64,000 nt of DNA from an uncultured delta proteobacterium (lineage in GTDB: Bacteria; Desulfobacterota; Desulfobacteria; Desulfobacterales; Desulfatirhabdiaceae): the NCBI GenBank assembly GCA_963789395.1, contig CAWBKP010000011.1, forward strand, positions 224,001 through 288,000, read 5' to 3'. Of the stretch, positions 8,747-18,537 are shown one piece after another (within the stretch, counting starts at the first letter, position 1; each line of letters opens with the position of its first letter). The translations under genes were made by a program, and so were the position numbers. Below the pieces are notes generated by a model that did not search any database, had not been told where the DNA came from, and was given only the letters and a program-made list of their open reading frames with translations.

Positions 8747-11218
8747 ATGAAGCCAATCAGACCAATTCTATTATGCGGAATGTTCGTGATCGCGGTCATA
8801 GCGACCGCGACTTTGTCGAAAGCACAAGTGCAAACCACCGGCGTTCCGGGTTCTGCCGACGCCACAACAACCATCAGCGGCAAGCAGCTTCCGCCGCCGG
8901 ACCCGCCTTTCGGAGGTGTGATAAAGGAGAAAGCTACGGAGTCGAAAGCCTGGTGGCCGCCACGTATTGTGCCGCCTAAGGACGCCCCCAATGTGCTGCT
9001 CATCATGACCGACGACGACGGCTTCGGCGCGCCGAGCACGTTCGGCGGCGTCATCCCTACCCCGGCCCTGGACCGCATCGCCAAGAGCGGGCTGCGCTAC
9101 ACGAATTTTCACTCCACCTCGCTCTGCTCACCGACACGGGCGGCGATCATCACGGGACGCAACCATCACTCGGTGGGCTTTGGCGTGGTAGGCGAAATTG
9201 CGACCGGGTTCCCGGGTTATGACTCGATCATCCCGATCGAGAAGGGCACCGTCGGCACCATCCTGAAGGGAAACGGATACGCGACCTCGTGGTTCGGCAA
9301 GGACCACAACACCCCGTTCTACGAGAACAGCCAGGCCGGGCCGTTCAGTCAATGGCCGAACGGGATGGGATTCGAATATTTCTACGGGTTCGTCGGCGGT
9401 GACGCCAGCCAGTGGCAGCCGAACCTGTTCCGCAATACGACGGCCATCTATCCTTTCGAGGGCAATCCGGGCTGGAACCTGACCACGGCCATGGCAGACG
9501 AGGCCATCCAGTACATGAAGCAGCTCAAGGAGCTTGCGCCCCAAAAGCCGTTCTTCGTCTATTACGTTCCGGGCGGCACACACGCGCCGCATCATCCGAC
9601 CCCGGAGTGGATCAAAAAGATCAGCGACATGCATCTCTTCGACAATGGCTGGGAAAAACTGCGTGATACCATCTTCGCCAACCAGAAGCGCCTGGGAATC
9701 ATGCCCGAGAACGCGCAACTGACCCCATGGCCGGACGGACAGGAAACGTTCGGCGGCGCCAAGCTTCCCCGGTGGGATTCTCTCAGCTTCGAGCAGAAGA
9801 AGCTTTTCATCAAGCAGGCGGACATTTACGGGGCCTACCAGGCATACACGGATCATGAAATCGGCCGCGTCATTCAGGCCGTCGAAGACCTCGGGCAGCT
9901 CGACAACACCCTGATCATCTACATCAGCGGCGACAACGGCGCCAGCGCCGAAGGCATGCTCAACGGCACACCAAACGAATTCACCACATTCAACGGCATC
10001 GAGGTGCCGGTCAAGGACCAGTTCCTCTGGTACGAGTTCTGGGGATCGGACAAAACATTCCCGCACTTTGCGGCGCCCTGGGCATGGGCGTTTGACACGC
10101 CTTTCAAGTGGATGAAGCAGGTGCCGTCGCATTTCGGCGGGACGGCTCAGGGCATGGCCATATCCTGGCCGGGCCACATCAGCGACCCGGGCGGCATCCG
10201 CCGCCAGTTCCACCACGTCATCGACGTCGTGCCGACCATCTTAGAAGCGGTCGGCATCCCGGCGCCCGACACAATCGACGGCATAAAGCAGCTTCCCATC
10301 GAAGGCGTGAGCATGGCGTACACGTGGGACAAGGCCAACGCCAACGCGCCGACCCGGCACACAACGCAATACTTTGAGATGCTCGGCAACCGCGCCATCT
10401 ACCACGACGGGTGGGTGGCGTGCACGACCCCGGTGACGCTGCCCTGGGAGCTGAGTTCCAAGACGCCGCCGGATGTGATGACCGGGTATAAATGGGAACT
10501 CTACAACGTCATGGAGGATCCCACGCAGAACAACGACCTGGCCGCCAAGATGCCGGACAAGCTCAAGCAAATGCAGAACATCTTTTACGTCGAGGCGGCA
10601 AAGTACAATGTGCTGCCGCTCGACAACACGACACTCGCCCGCTGGAACTCGCCGAAGCCGAGCCTGAAGGCGGGACGAACGGTCTTTACGTATTCGGGCG
10701 GATTGACGGGCGTGCCCGGCAGCACGGCCCCCGATATCCTGAACAAGTCCTACACCATCACCGCCGAGGTCGAGATCCCGGAAGGCGGCGCGGAAGGCAT
10801 GATCGCCACCCAGGGCGGGCGCTTCGGCGGCTATGGGCTTTTCCTGAGCAAGGGCGAATTGGGAATCGATCGGGGCAAACCGGTGTTCCTCTACAACCTG
10901 CTGGACTTGAAGCGCACGGTGTGGGCAGGGCCTGAGCTGGGCGCCGGCAAGCACACCATCGTCTTTGACTTCAAGTCCGATGGCCCCGGCCTGGCAAAGG
11001 GAGGGACCGGCGTGCTCTTTGTTGATGGCAAGGAAGTGGCCAGGAATTCCATGGAACACACGACCCCGATCACGTTCCCGGAGGACGAAACCTTCGACGT
11101 CGGGCAGGATACACGCACCGGCGTTGCGATGATCGAGTATCGCTACGATGTCCCGTTCAAGTTCACCGGCAAGATCGACAAGCTGACCTACAAGCTTGAA
11201 CCCTTCAAGCCGGAGTAA
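8747..11218 (+). CDS. Secreted Cys-type arylsulfatase 1 with C-terminal LamG/ConA-like extension
   Basis: Signal peptide; [30 protein letters not shown] and GDNG motifs. Confidence 0.93.
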   Translation: MKPIRPILLCGMFVIAVIATATLSKAQVQTTGVPGSADATTTISGKQLPPPDPPFGGVIKEKATESKAWWPPRIVPPKDAPNVLLIMTDDDGFGAPSTFGGVIPTPALDRIAKSGLRYTNFHSTSLCSPTRAAIITGRNHHSVGFGVVGEIATGFPGYDSIIPIEKGTVGTILKGNGYATSWFGKDHNTPFYENSQAGPFSQWPNGMGFEYFYGFVGGDASQWQPNLFRNTTAIYPFEGNPGWNLTTAMADEAIQYMKQLKELAPQKPFFVYYVPGGTHAPHHPTPEWIKKISDMHLFDNGWEKLRDTIFANQKRLGIMPENAQLTPWPDGQETFGGAKLPRWDSLSFEQKKLFIKQADIYGAYQAYTDHEIGRVIQAVEDLGQLDNTLIIYISGDNGASAEGMLNGTPNEFTTFNGIEVPVKDQFLWYEFWGSDKTFPHFAAPWAWAFDTPFKWMKQVPSHFGGTAQGMAISWPGHISDPGGIRRQFHHVIDVVPTILEAVGIPAPDTIDGIKQLPIEGVSMAYTWDKANANAPTRHTTQYFEMLGNRAIYHDGWVACTTPVTLPWELSSKTPPDVMTGYKWELYNVMEDPTQNNDLAAKMPDKLKQMQNIFYVEAAKYNVLPLDNTTLARWNSPKPSLKAGRTVFTYSGGLTGVPGSTAPDILNKSYTITAEVEIPEGGAEGMIATQGGRFGGYGLFLSKGELGIDRGKPVFLYNLLDLKRTVWAGPELGAGKHTIVFDFKSDGPGLAKGGTGVLFVDGKEVARNSMEHTTPITFPEDETFDVGQDTRTGVAMIEYRYDVPFKFTGKIDKLTYKLEPFKPE

Positions 11219-11360
11219 ACGCACCGAGGCAGGGGGCGCCTGATCGCTTCTGGACGGAGGCGCCCCATCGGCGACAGGAGAGTTTGAACATGCTGAGAAC
11301 CACTACCCGCTTACAGCCATTGCGAATCGGATCTGGGGCGCGAAAGGAATATTAAACGAC

Positions 11361-11702
11361 ATGATGAATAAGGCTCTTGTTTTTGCTGCAGTCAGTGAAG
11401 CCGCGACCGGTTTGGCGCTGCTGATCGTTCCATCGCTCGTTGGGCGGTTGCTGCTGGGAGAGGAGTTGACCGGCATCGCCGTGCCTGTCGCACGCGTGGC
11501 GGGCATCGCCCTGATCGCCCTTGGGGTTGCCTGCTGGCCCGGCACGCCGCTGGTCGGCATGTTGACCTACAGCGCGGCCGTCATGCTGTATCTTGCCTAC
11601 CTCGGCTTAGCTGGCGGTTTGGCCGGCATACTGCTGTGGCCGGCTGTCGTCCTGCACGCAATCGTGACGGCACTTTTGACTCGGGACGTATTGGGTTTGT
11701 AA
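11361..11702 (+). CDS. Small multi-TM hypothetical protein
   Basis: Hydrophobic 113-aa ORF (EAATGLALLIVPS...LWPAVVLH). Confidence 0.7.
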   Translation: MMNKALVFAAVSEAATGLALLIVPSLVGRLLLGEELTGIAVPVARVAGIALIALGVACWPGTPLVGMLTYSAAVMLYLAYLGLAGGLAGILLWPAVVLHAIVTALLTRDVLGL

Positions 11703-11723
11703 ACATAAGTTAATTATAACAAC

Positions 11724-11856
11724 TCAGGTATTCAGAAATCAGGAGCCAGAATTCAGAATGGCCCGCATGTTGGCTTTCATCAATTTATTGACTTCTTCAA
11801 TCAAATTTACCGCGTTCCTCATTCTGGCTCCTGAATTCCGACTCCTGAATACCTGA
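11724..11856. repeat. Family D heptad-periodic inverted-repeat element, copy 1
   Basis: TCAGGTATTCAGAAATCAGGAGCCAGAAT ... ATTCTGGCTCCTGAATTCCGACTCCTGAATACCTGA. Confidence 0.8.
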
Positions 11857-11968
11857 ATCGAGACAGTTATTTTACAATCCAGTTTGGTATATGATAAGAG
11901 GCTATAATATTTAATCAGATCAGACAGGTGAAGCAGACACCCCCAACCAAAACAGAAAGGAGACATTT

Positions 11969-14512
11969 ATGAAGCCGATTAAACGAATTCTGTTATGCGG
12001 AATGCTCACGGTTGCCGTCATAGCGACCGCGACTTTCGCCAAAGCGGAAGTGCAAACCACCGGTGTTCCGGGCTCGCCCGACGCCACAACGACCATCAGC
12101 GGCAAGCAGCTTCCGCCGCCTGATCCGAAATTCGGCGGCGTGATCAAAAACGACGCCCTTCAATCCAAAGCATGGTGGGCGCCGCGTATTGTCCCGCCCA
12201 AGCAGGCCCCCAACATCCTGCTCATCATGACCGATGACTCGGGCTTCGGCGTGCCGAGCACTTTCGGCGGCGTCATCCCGACTCCGACAATGGATCGGCT
12301 TGCGAAAACCGGTCTTCGCTACAACAACATTCACTCCACAGCGCTGTGCTCACCGACGCGCGCAGCCCTGATTACCGGGCGCAACCACCACTCGGCGGGC
12401 TTTGGCGTCATCTCGGAGCAATCCACCGGCTTTCCGGGCTACAACAGCATCATCGCCAAGGACAAGGCCACCATCGGCCGCATCCTCAAGGAAAACGGCT
12501 ATGCCACCTCATGGTTCGGCAAGGATCACAACGTGCCGGCTTTTGCGGCCAGCCAGATCGGACCCTTCGAGAATTGGCCCATCGGGCAGGGCTTCGATTA
12601 TTTCTACGGGTTTGTCGGCGGTGACGCCAACCAGTGGCAGCCGAACCTCTTCCGCAACACCACCCAGATCTATCCGTTCGACGGCAAGCCCGGCTGGAAC
12701 CTGATCACCGGCATGGCCGACGACGCCATTGACTGGCTGAACCGCATTGACCAGACGGCTCCGAGCAAGCCCTTCTTCTGCTACTACGTTCCGGGAGCTA
12801 CGCATGCGCCGCATCACCCGACCAAGGAATGGGTGGACAAGATCCACGACATGCACCTCTTTGACGACGGCTGGAACAAGCTGCGGGAGCGGATCTTCGA
12901 GAATCAGAAACGCCTGGGGGTGATTCCGGCAGACACCAAGCTGGAGCCCTGGCCGACGCATGTCATCAAGAACTGGGATGATTGCACGCCCGAGGAGAAG
13001 AAGCTCTATATCAAGCAGGTGGAAATTTTTGCCGCCTATGAAGCTTACAACGACCATGAAATCGGCCGGGTCATCCAGGCCATCGAGGACATGGGAAAGC
13101 TTGACGACACGCTCATCATCTACATCAACGGCGACAACGGCACCAGCGCCGAAGGCGGCCCGCTCGGCACACCCAACGAAGTCGCGTTCTTCAACGGCGT
13201 TGCCGTGCCTGTCGACGTCCAGATGAAGTGGTACGACGTCTGGGGCACGGAGCAGACCTACAATCACATGTCGGCCGGCTGGTCCTGGGCCTTTGATACG
13301 CCCTTTACCTGGTTCAAGCAGAACGCTTCGAAGCTCGGCGGCATCCGGCAGTGCATGGCGGTCTCCTGGCCCGGCCACATCAAGGACCAGGGCGGTCTCC
13401 GCGAGCAGTTCATGCATGTCATCGACGTAGTGCCTACCCTCCTTGAGGCCTGCGGCATCCCTGCGCCCGAAACCGTGGACGGCATCAAACAAAAACCCAT
13501 AGAAGGCACGAGCTTCGCCTACACGTTTAACGAGAAGAACGCCAAGGAAGCGTCTCGGCACAAGACCCAGTATTTCGAGATGATGGGCCAGTGGGCCCTG
13601 TATCACGAAGGCTGGCTGCTCAGCACCCAGGTGAACCGCGCGCCGTGGGAGGCTTTCGGCGCCGCCAATCCCGACCCGCTCAACAACCAGGTCCTCGAAC
13701 TCTACGACCTGAACAAGGACTTCAGCCAGTCCCAGAATCTGGCCGACAAGTATCCGGAGAAAGTCAAGGAGATGAAGAAGATGTTCATCGCGGAAGGAAA
13801 GAAATATCAGGTCTTTCCGATGGACGCCTCCGTTGCCGCGCGCATCGTGGCCCCGCGTCCGAATATTACCGCCGGACGCACCGAGTTCGTGTACACCCGG
13901 CCCATGGTCGGCCTGCCGCAGGGTGATTCGCCGATGCTGCTTGACGCCTCGTACACCATCACGGCGGACATCACCGTCCCCGATGGCGGCGCCGAAGGCA
14001 TGATCCTGACTTCCGGCGGGCGGTTTGCCGGTTACGGGTTCTATCTGCTTAAAGGCAAGCCGGTGTTTCTCTGGAACCTCATTGACTTGAAGCGCGTCAA
14101 ATGGGAAGGCCCGGATGCGCTCGCACCCGGCAAGCACACGCTGGAATTCGACTTCAAGTATGACGGCCTGGGCCTCGGCACACTCGCGTTCAACAACATG
14201 AGCGGCCTTGGCCGCCCCGGCACCGGCACGCTGAAGGTGGACGGCAAGGAAGTCCAAACCATCACCATGCCGCACACCCTGCCCATGATCCTGCAATGGG
14301 ACGAGAGCTTCGACATCGGCTCCGACACCCTGACCGGCGTCAACGATGAAGACTACAAGCCGCCGTTCCCCCTGACCGCCAAGTTGAACAAACTGACGAT
14401 CAAGGTTGACCGGCCGAAGCTTACCGAGGCGGACATCAAGAAACTCGAAAATACGGAAGCCATCGCGGTTGACGGCAATCCGATTCACCATTTGCAGGGC
14501 GCACCGCAGTAA
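11969..14512 (+). CDS. Secreted Cys-type arylsulfatase 2
   Basis: Signal peptide; [30 protein letters not shown]. Confidence 0.93.
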   Translation: MKPIKRILLCGMLTVAVIATATFAKAEVQTTGVPGSPDATTTISGKQLPPPDPKFGGVIKNDALQSKAWWAPRIVPPKQAPNILLIMTDDSGFGVPSTFGGVIPTPTMDRLAKTGLRYNNIHSTALCSPTRAALITGRNHHSAGFGVISEQSTGFPGYNSIIAKDKATIGRILKENGYATSWFGKDHNVPAFAASQIGPFENWPIGQGFDYFYGFVGGDANQWQPNLFRNTTQIYPFDGKPGWNLITGMADDAIDWLNRIDQTAPSKPFFCYYVPGATHAPHHPTKEWVDKIHDMHLFDDGWNKLRERIFENQKRLGVIPADTKLEPWPTHVIKNWDDCTPEEKKLYIKQVEIFAAYEAYNDHEIGRVIQAIEDMGKLDDTLIIYINGDNGTSAEGGPLGTPNEVAFFNGVAVPVDVQMKWYDVWGTEQTYNHMSAGWSWAFDTPFTWFKQNASKLGGIRQCMAVSWPGHIKDQGGLREQFMHVIDVVPTLLEACGIPAPETVDGIKQKPIEGTSFAYTFNEKNAKEASRHKTQYFEMMGQWALYHEGWLLSTQVNRAPWEAFGAANPDPLNNQVLELYDLNKDFSQSQNLADKYPEKVKEMKKMFIAEGKKYQVFPMDASVAARIVAPRPNITAGRTEFVYTRPMVGLPQGDSPMLLDASYTITADITVPDGGAEGMILTSGGRFAGYGFYLLKGKPVFLWNLIDLKRVKWEGPDALAPGKHTLEFDFKYDGLGLGTLAFNNMSGLGRPGTGTLKVDGKEVQTITMPHTLPMILQWDESFDIGSDTLTGVNDEDYKPPFPLTAKLNKLTIKVDRPKLTEADIKKLENTEAIAVDGNPIHHLQGAPQ

Positions 14513-14557
14513 TTCACCCCAACAGCATGGGCAGTGACTTTGTTCGGTTGTAAACCG

Positions 14558-14593
14558 CGCGGGCCGCCCGGAATTCGTTCCGGGCGGCCCGCG
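14558..14593 (+). other. Strong intergenic stem-loop (16-bp stem, TTCG loop)
   Basis: CGCGGGCCGCCCGGAA-TTCG-TTCCGGGCGGCCCGCG; no U-tract follows. Confidence 0.75.
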
Positions 14594-14637
14594 GCTTACA
14601 CGGCCGCGACAACACCGAATAAGGAGGCAAGACAGAA

Positions 14638-16162
14638 ATGAAACAGAAGGCTTTTGCAAAGGCGCTGGCGATTGTCGGTGCCGCCTCGCTGCTCTTTGGT
14701 TGTGCAACCGCCACACCGATGGCAAAACAATACAAAATGACCACGGCCATCGCGCCCGGCGTCATGGTGCCGGACAAGGTCGAAACATCCATCGGTACCC
14801 TAAACCTGAACTATGGCTATCCCGATGACGCGACCACGCAGAAAGTCTATGACAACCTGGATGCCTCGCGTGCGCTGCAGGCCTATTTGCTGGCAATCCC
14901 GATTGTGAATCAGGTCGGCATGCGTGACTCACGCTCCGAAAGTTCGGACCGGCACAACCAGACGAATGTGATCTGGGAAGACCTCGTGGATTCAAAAACC
15001 GTGGAACTGACGGCGAACGACAACACCATCTACAGCTTCATCTGGCTGGATACCAAAAAGGGACCGCTGGTCGTGGAAGTTCCCCCCATGGTCCTGGGTC
15101 TCATCGATGACTTCTGGTATCACTGGGTTGCCGACATCGGTATCACTGGCGCAGACCATGGCAAAGGCGGCAAGTATCTTATTCTGCCCCCGGGCTACAC
15201 CGGCAAAGTGCCCGAAGGGTATTTCGTTGTGCGTCCGAGCACCTACGGCAACTGGATGCCATTCCGCTCCTTTCTCGTCGATGGCTCAACCAAACCCGGC
15301 GTTGAGGCGGTCAGAAAATACCTGAAGATCTATCAGCTCTCCGATGCGGCCAATCCTCCCGCGATAAAGCTCGTCAATGCCTCCGGCATTCCTTCGAACT
15401 TTGTCCCTCCCGGCGACTACGCCTTCTGGAGTCTCCTGAACGAAGCCATTCAGGAAGAACCCAGCGCAGGGAAGCGATCCCACCACGCTGGGTCTGTTTG
15501 CCTCCATCGGTATCGAAAAAGGCAAGCCCTTCAATCCCGATGCGCGAATGAAAAAGATTCTGACGGACGCTGCGAATATCGGCGCTGTGACCGCGCGGGC
15601 GATCGCCTTCAGAATTCGCGACAAGGGCGCCTTCTTCTATCCGGACAGCCCATGGCGTCTGCCCTTCTTCGGTGGATACAAATTCGAGGTGTCACCCGGC
15701 GTGGCCAATCTGGACGGAGCTGCCTTCTTTTATTATTTCGCCACCGGCGTCACACCGGCCATGGCGGAGAAAATGGTCGGCAAAGGTTCGCAATATCCCT
15801 GGTGTGCACAGGATGCGGACGGCAACCCGTTCGAGGGCGGAAAAAACTACAAGCTGCACCTGCCACCGAATATTCCGGTGAAAGACTTCTGGTCTGTCAT
15901 CGTCTATGACAACCAGACGCGCTCGATGGTTCAGACCGATCAGCGGTTCCCCAGCCTCAGCAGCCAGAACAAGGGCCTGCTCGTCAACACGGACGGCTCG
16001 GTCGATGTCTATTTCGGCCCCAACGCGCCCGCAGGCAAGGAAAACAACTGGGTGCAGACGATTCCCGGCAAGGGCTGGTTCATGATCCTGCGGCTCTACG
16101 GTCCGCTTGATCCCTGGTTCGACAAGACCTGGCGTCCCGGCGATATCGAACTGGTGAACTGA
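14638..16162 (+). CDS. DUF1254/DUF1214 lipoprotein (frameshifts near 14930-14955 and 15470)
   Basis: Lipobox LFGC; LTANDNTIYS, GPLVVEVPP, GKGGKYLILPP; C-terminal FWSVIVYD, DGSVDVYFGP, LRLYGP. Confidence 0.88.
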
Positions 16163-16206
16163 ACACGATAGCCGGAACCAGCAGATGATTTTGCCGATAA
16201 CATAGA

Positions 16207-16343
16207 TCCCCCCACTTTGGAAAGGCCAGGGGGATTCCGGAGGTCCCACTCAAAAATCCCCCTCGATCCCCCTTTTCAAAGGGGGAAGGTGTTATTGTCA
16301 TTTCAAAGGGGGATGGTTTTATAGTCGTTTCAAATGGGGAAGG
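16207..16343. repeat. Family C CCCCCTTT..AAAGGGGG double-hairpin element with a 27-nt tandem tail
   Basis: AAATCCCCCTCGATCCCCCTTTTCAAAGGGGGA; the unit TTTCAAAGGGGGAAGG recurs at 16274, 16301 and 16328. Confidence 0.75.
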
Positions 16344-16418
16344 AGTTATTCTCTTTGACGGGAAGCCCTGAATTCATGGATGGCAGCGATCTTATCGACT
16401 TTTACCAAGGAGAAATTC

Positions 16419-17237
16419 ATGACCAGCACCTTTAAGACACGCAAGCTGGCTGTCGTTGCCGCGCTGTTTGCCGTGGTGTTTCTCGTCGCCAGGCCCGCGC
16501 ATGCGGAAATGAGCGCCGAGGAACTGGCGAAACTCGCACAGAATCCGGTGGGCAACCTGATCAGCGTGCCGTTCCAGAACAACACCAACTATCACGTTGG
16601 ACCGCAGGATCGCACGCAGAACATCCTGAACATCCAGCCGGTTATTCCGATCCATATCACCAGCGAGTGGAACATCATCACCCGCACCATTTTACCGGTG
16701 ATCTCTCAGCCTGCCCCTTATGATGACCGGACCAACGGCATCGGGGATACCGTTTTCACAGCCTTTCTTTCTCCCGCCAACCCCGGGGAGTGGATCTGGG
16801 GCGCCGGGCCGGTTGTGCAGATTCCCACCAACAGCGACGACTACCTCGGCAACCGGAACTGGGGAGTCGGCCCATCGGCTGTCGTGCTTCACCTGAGCAA
16901 AGGCGACCCCTGGGTCTACGGGGTTCTGGCCAACAACATCTGGTCGGTCTCCGACAGCAACCAGGGCGGCTCCTACAACACCGGCCTGATACAGCCATTT
17001 CTCAATTACAACTTCTCGAATTTCTATCTCACCAGCGCCCCCATTGCCACCGTCAACTGGCAAGCCGACAGCGGACAGCAGTGGACGCTGCCTCTGGGTG
17101 GCGGCATCGGCAAGATATTCCACTTCGGCAAGCTGCCGGTCAACATGCAACTGTCGACCTACTACAACGTCGTCACGCCGGATGACGGCCCGGACTGGCA
17201 GATTCGCGCCCAGGTGCAGTTCATGTTTCCGAAGTAA
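16419..17237 (+). CDS. Putative outer-membrane beta-barrel (often auto-annotated as neuromedin U-like)
   Basis: Signal peptide; ELAKLAQNPVGNLISVPFQN, NIQPVIP; C-terminal WQIRAQVQFMFPK. Confidence 0.8.
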   Translation: MTSTFKTRKLAVVAALFAVVFLVARPAHAEMSAEELAKLAQNPVGNLISVPFQNNTNYHVGPQDRTQNILNIQPVIPIHITSEWNIITRTILPVISQPAPYDDRTNGIGDTVFTAFLSPANPGEWIWGAGPVVQIPTNSDDYLGNRNWGVGPSAVVLHLSKGDPWVYGVLANNIWSVSDSNQGGSYNTGLIQPFLNYNFSNFYLTSAPIATVNWQADSGQQWTLPLGGGIGKIFHFGKLPVNMQLSTYYNVVTPDDGPDWQIRAQVQFMFPK

Positions 17238-17249
17238 AAAGGTAAATAC

Positions 17250-17441
17250 TCATGTATCCAGAATTCAGGAGCCAGGAGTCAGAATGGCTCGCATGTTAGC
17301 TTTGTACAATATACCGACTTCTTTAATCAAGCGGGTTAGCTCAGAAACATCGCCTCTTCGAGGGACCTTGGGCAATATCGAAAAAACGGATTTGCCGGGT
17401 TCCTTATTCCGGCTCCTGAATTCTGACTCCTGAATACCTGA
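17250..17441. repeat. Family D element, copy 2
   Basis: CAGAATTCAGGAGCCAGGAGTCAGAATGGCTCGCATGTT ... GGCTCCTGAATTCTGACTCCTGAATACCTGA, between convergent genes. Confidence 0.8.
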
Positions 17442-17449
17442 CTAATTCC

Positions 17450-18094
17450 TCAGTTCTGCCGGATCGGGTTAATGACAATATTCACGCGCCGATTCATGGC
17501 ATCGCTGGATGAGATCGGTTGTGATTCGCCGAAACCGATTGCGTCAATGCGTCCGGGATCCACGCCACGCTGGACCAGGGCATTTTTACTGCCAAAGCCC
17601 GCTGCTGGGACAGTTGCATATTATATTGTTCGCTCCCCTTTGAATCCGTATGCCCCTCAACCCGAATCGTGGTCTGGGGATAATTGTTGAGCACGTTCGC
17701 AATGCGGTTCAGTTCGCTGTAAGCGCCGGGTTTGAGTTGTGCGGAATTGAAATCAAAGAAAACATCGCTCTTGAAGGTGGCGGTCAGCACATCCTGCTCG
17801 CGACTGACGCTGGCAGCCTCGGATTGGCCAACGGCAGTAGCGCAGGTCTTGTTCCTGCCGGTCCATGTAAGCCCCAATCTGGTTGCCGGCCATGCCGCCT
17901 AGAACCGCACCGATGCCTGCGCCCACCAAGGTGCTTTTGGTGTTGTGGCCGATCGCCTGCCCCAGAATTGCACCCACACCGGCCCCGGTAGCTGCCCCGA
18001 TGCCTGTCCCTGTTTCCTGCCTGGTCGCACCCGCGCACGCAGTCAGCATTGCGGCCAGCGCGACTATGATGGTCAATCGAATCAGTTGTTTCAT
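17450..18094 (-). CDS. OmpA-family lipoprotein with glycine zipper (YiaD-like; two frameshifts)
   Basis: Lipobox LTAC; GAGIGAVLGG..IGAYMDRQ; FDFNSA, VEGHTDS, LSQQRA, NRRVNI. Confidence 0.88.
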
Positions 18095-18469
18095 AAAAAC
18101 TCCTTTATCAGTTTGGTGTTAATGTAAACTCCGGGCAAGCAGCATTCCGTTTCGTCATCGACAACCCTGAAGCACATCCACGGCTCCCATGACTGTCAAT
18201 CATATTGCACGTGTAAGCAAAATTGCAACTAGTGTCAAATCCGCTATGCCTGTATAATATAAAACAAGAAATCAGGTCTTGCAATGGCGCATCTTTCCCG
18301 GTGAAGGAAAAGGATGCATGAGCTAACAATCGGGAAGGTGGATGGACTCAAGGAATGAAACACAATGTGCAGAATGAAAAACGCGGTATCTGCCGTACTG
18401 CATAAAAGACATCAAGGCGTCGTTTTCATGATTGCGACATGCCGGTTAGTAATCGCAGATTCGATTGCA

Positions 18470-18510
18470 ACCCGCGCGGACCGCTTTCTAAAAATGCGGC
18501 CCGCGCGTTT
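18470..18510 (-). terminator. GC-rich hairpin downstream of sulfatase 3
   Basis: CGCGCGGACCGC...GCGGCCCGCGCG imperfect stem. Confidence 0.45.
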
Positions 18511-18537
18511 CAGATGGTTATAAGACGCGTTACCCGA

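Noticed and set aside
12509..14725. 738-aa antisense ORF (also 9128-10216, 38525-39469, 61466-63115 and similar)
   Set aside because: Shadow frames of GC-rich genuine genes with no recognisable motifs
16274..16343. Regularly spaced repeats resembling a mini-CRISPR
   Set aside because: The period is only 27 nt, the intervening bases are similar to each other, there are fewer than three full units and no cas genes; it is the tail of a family C element
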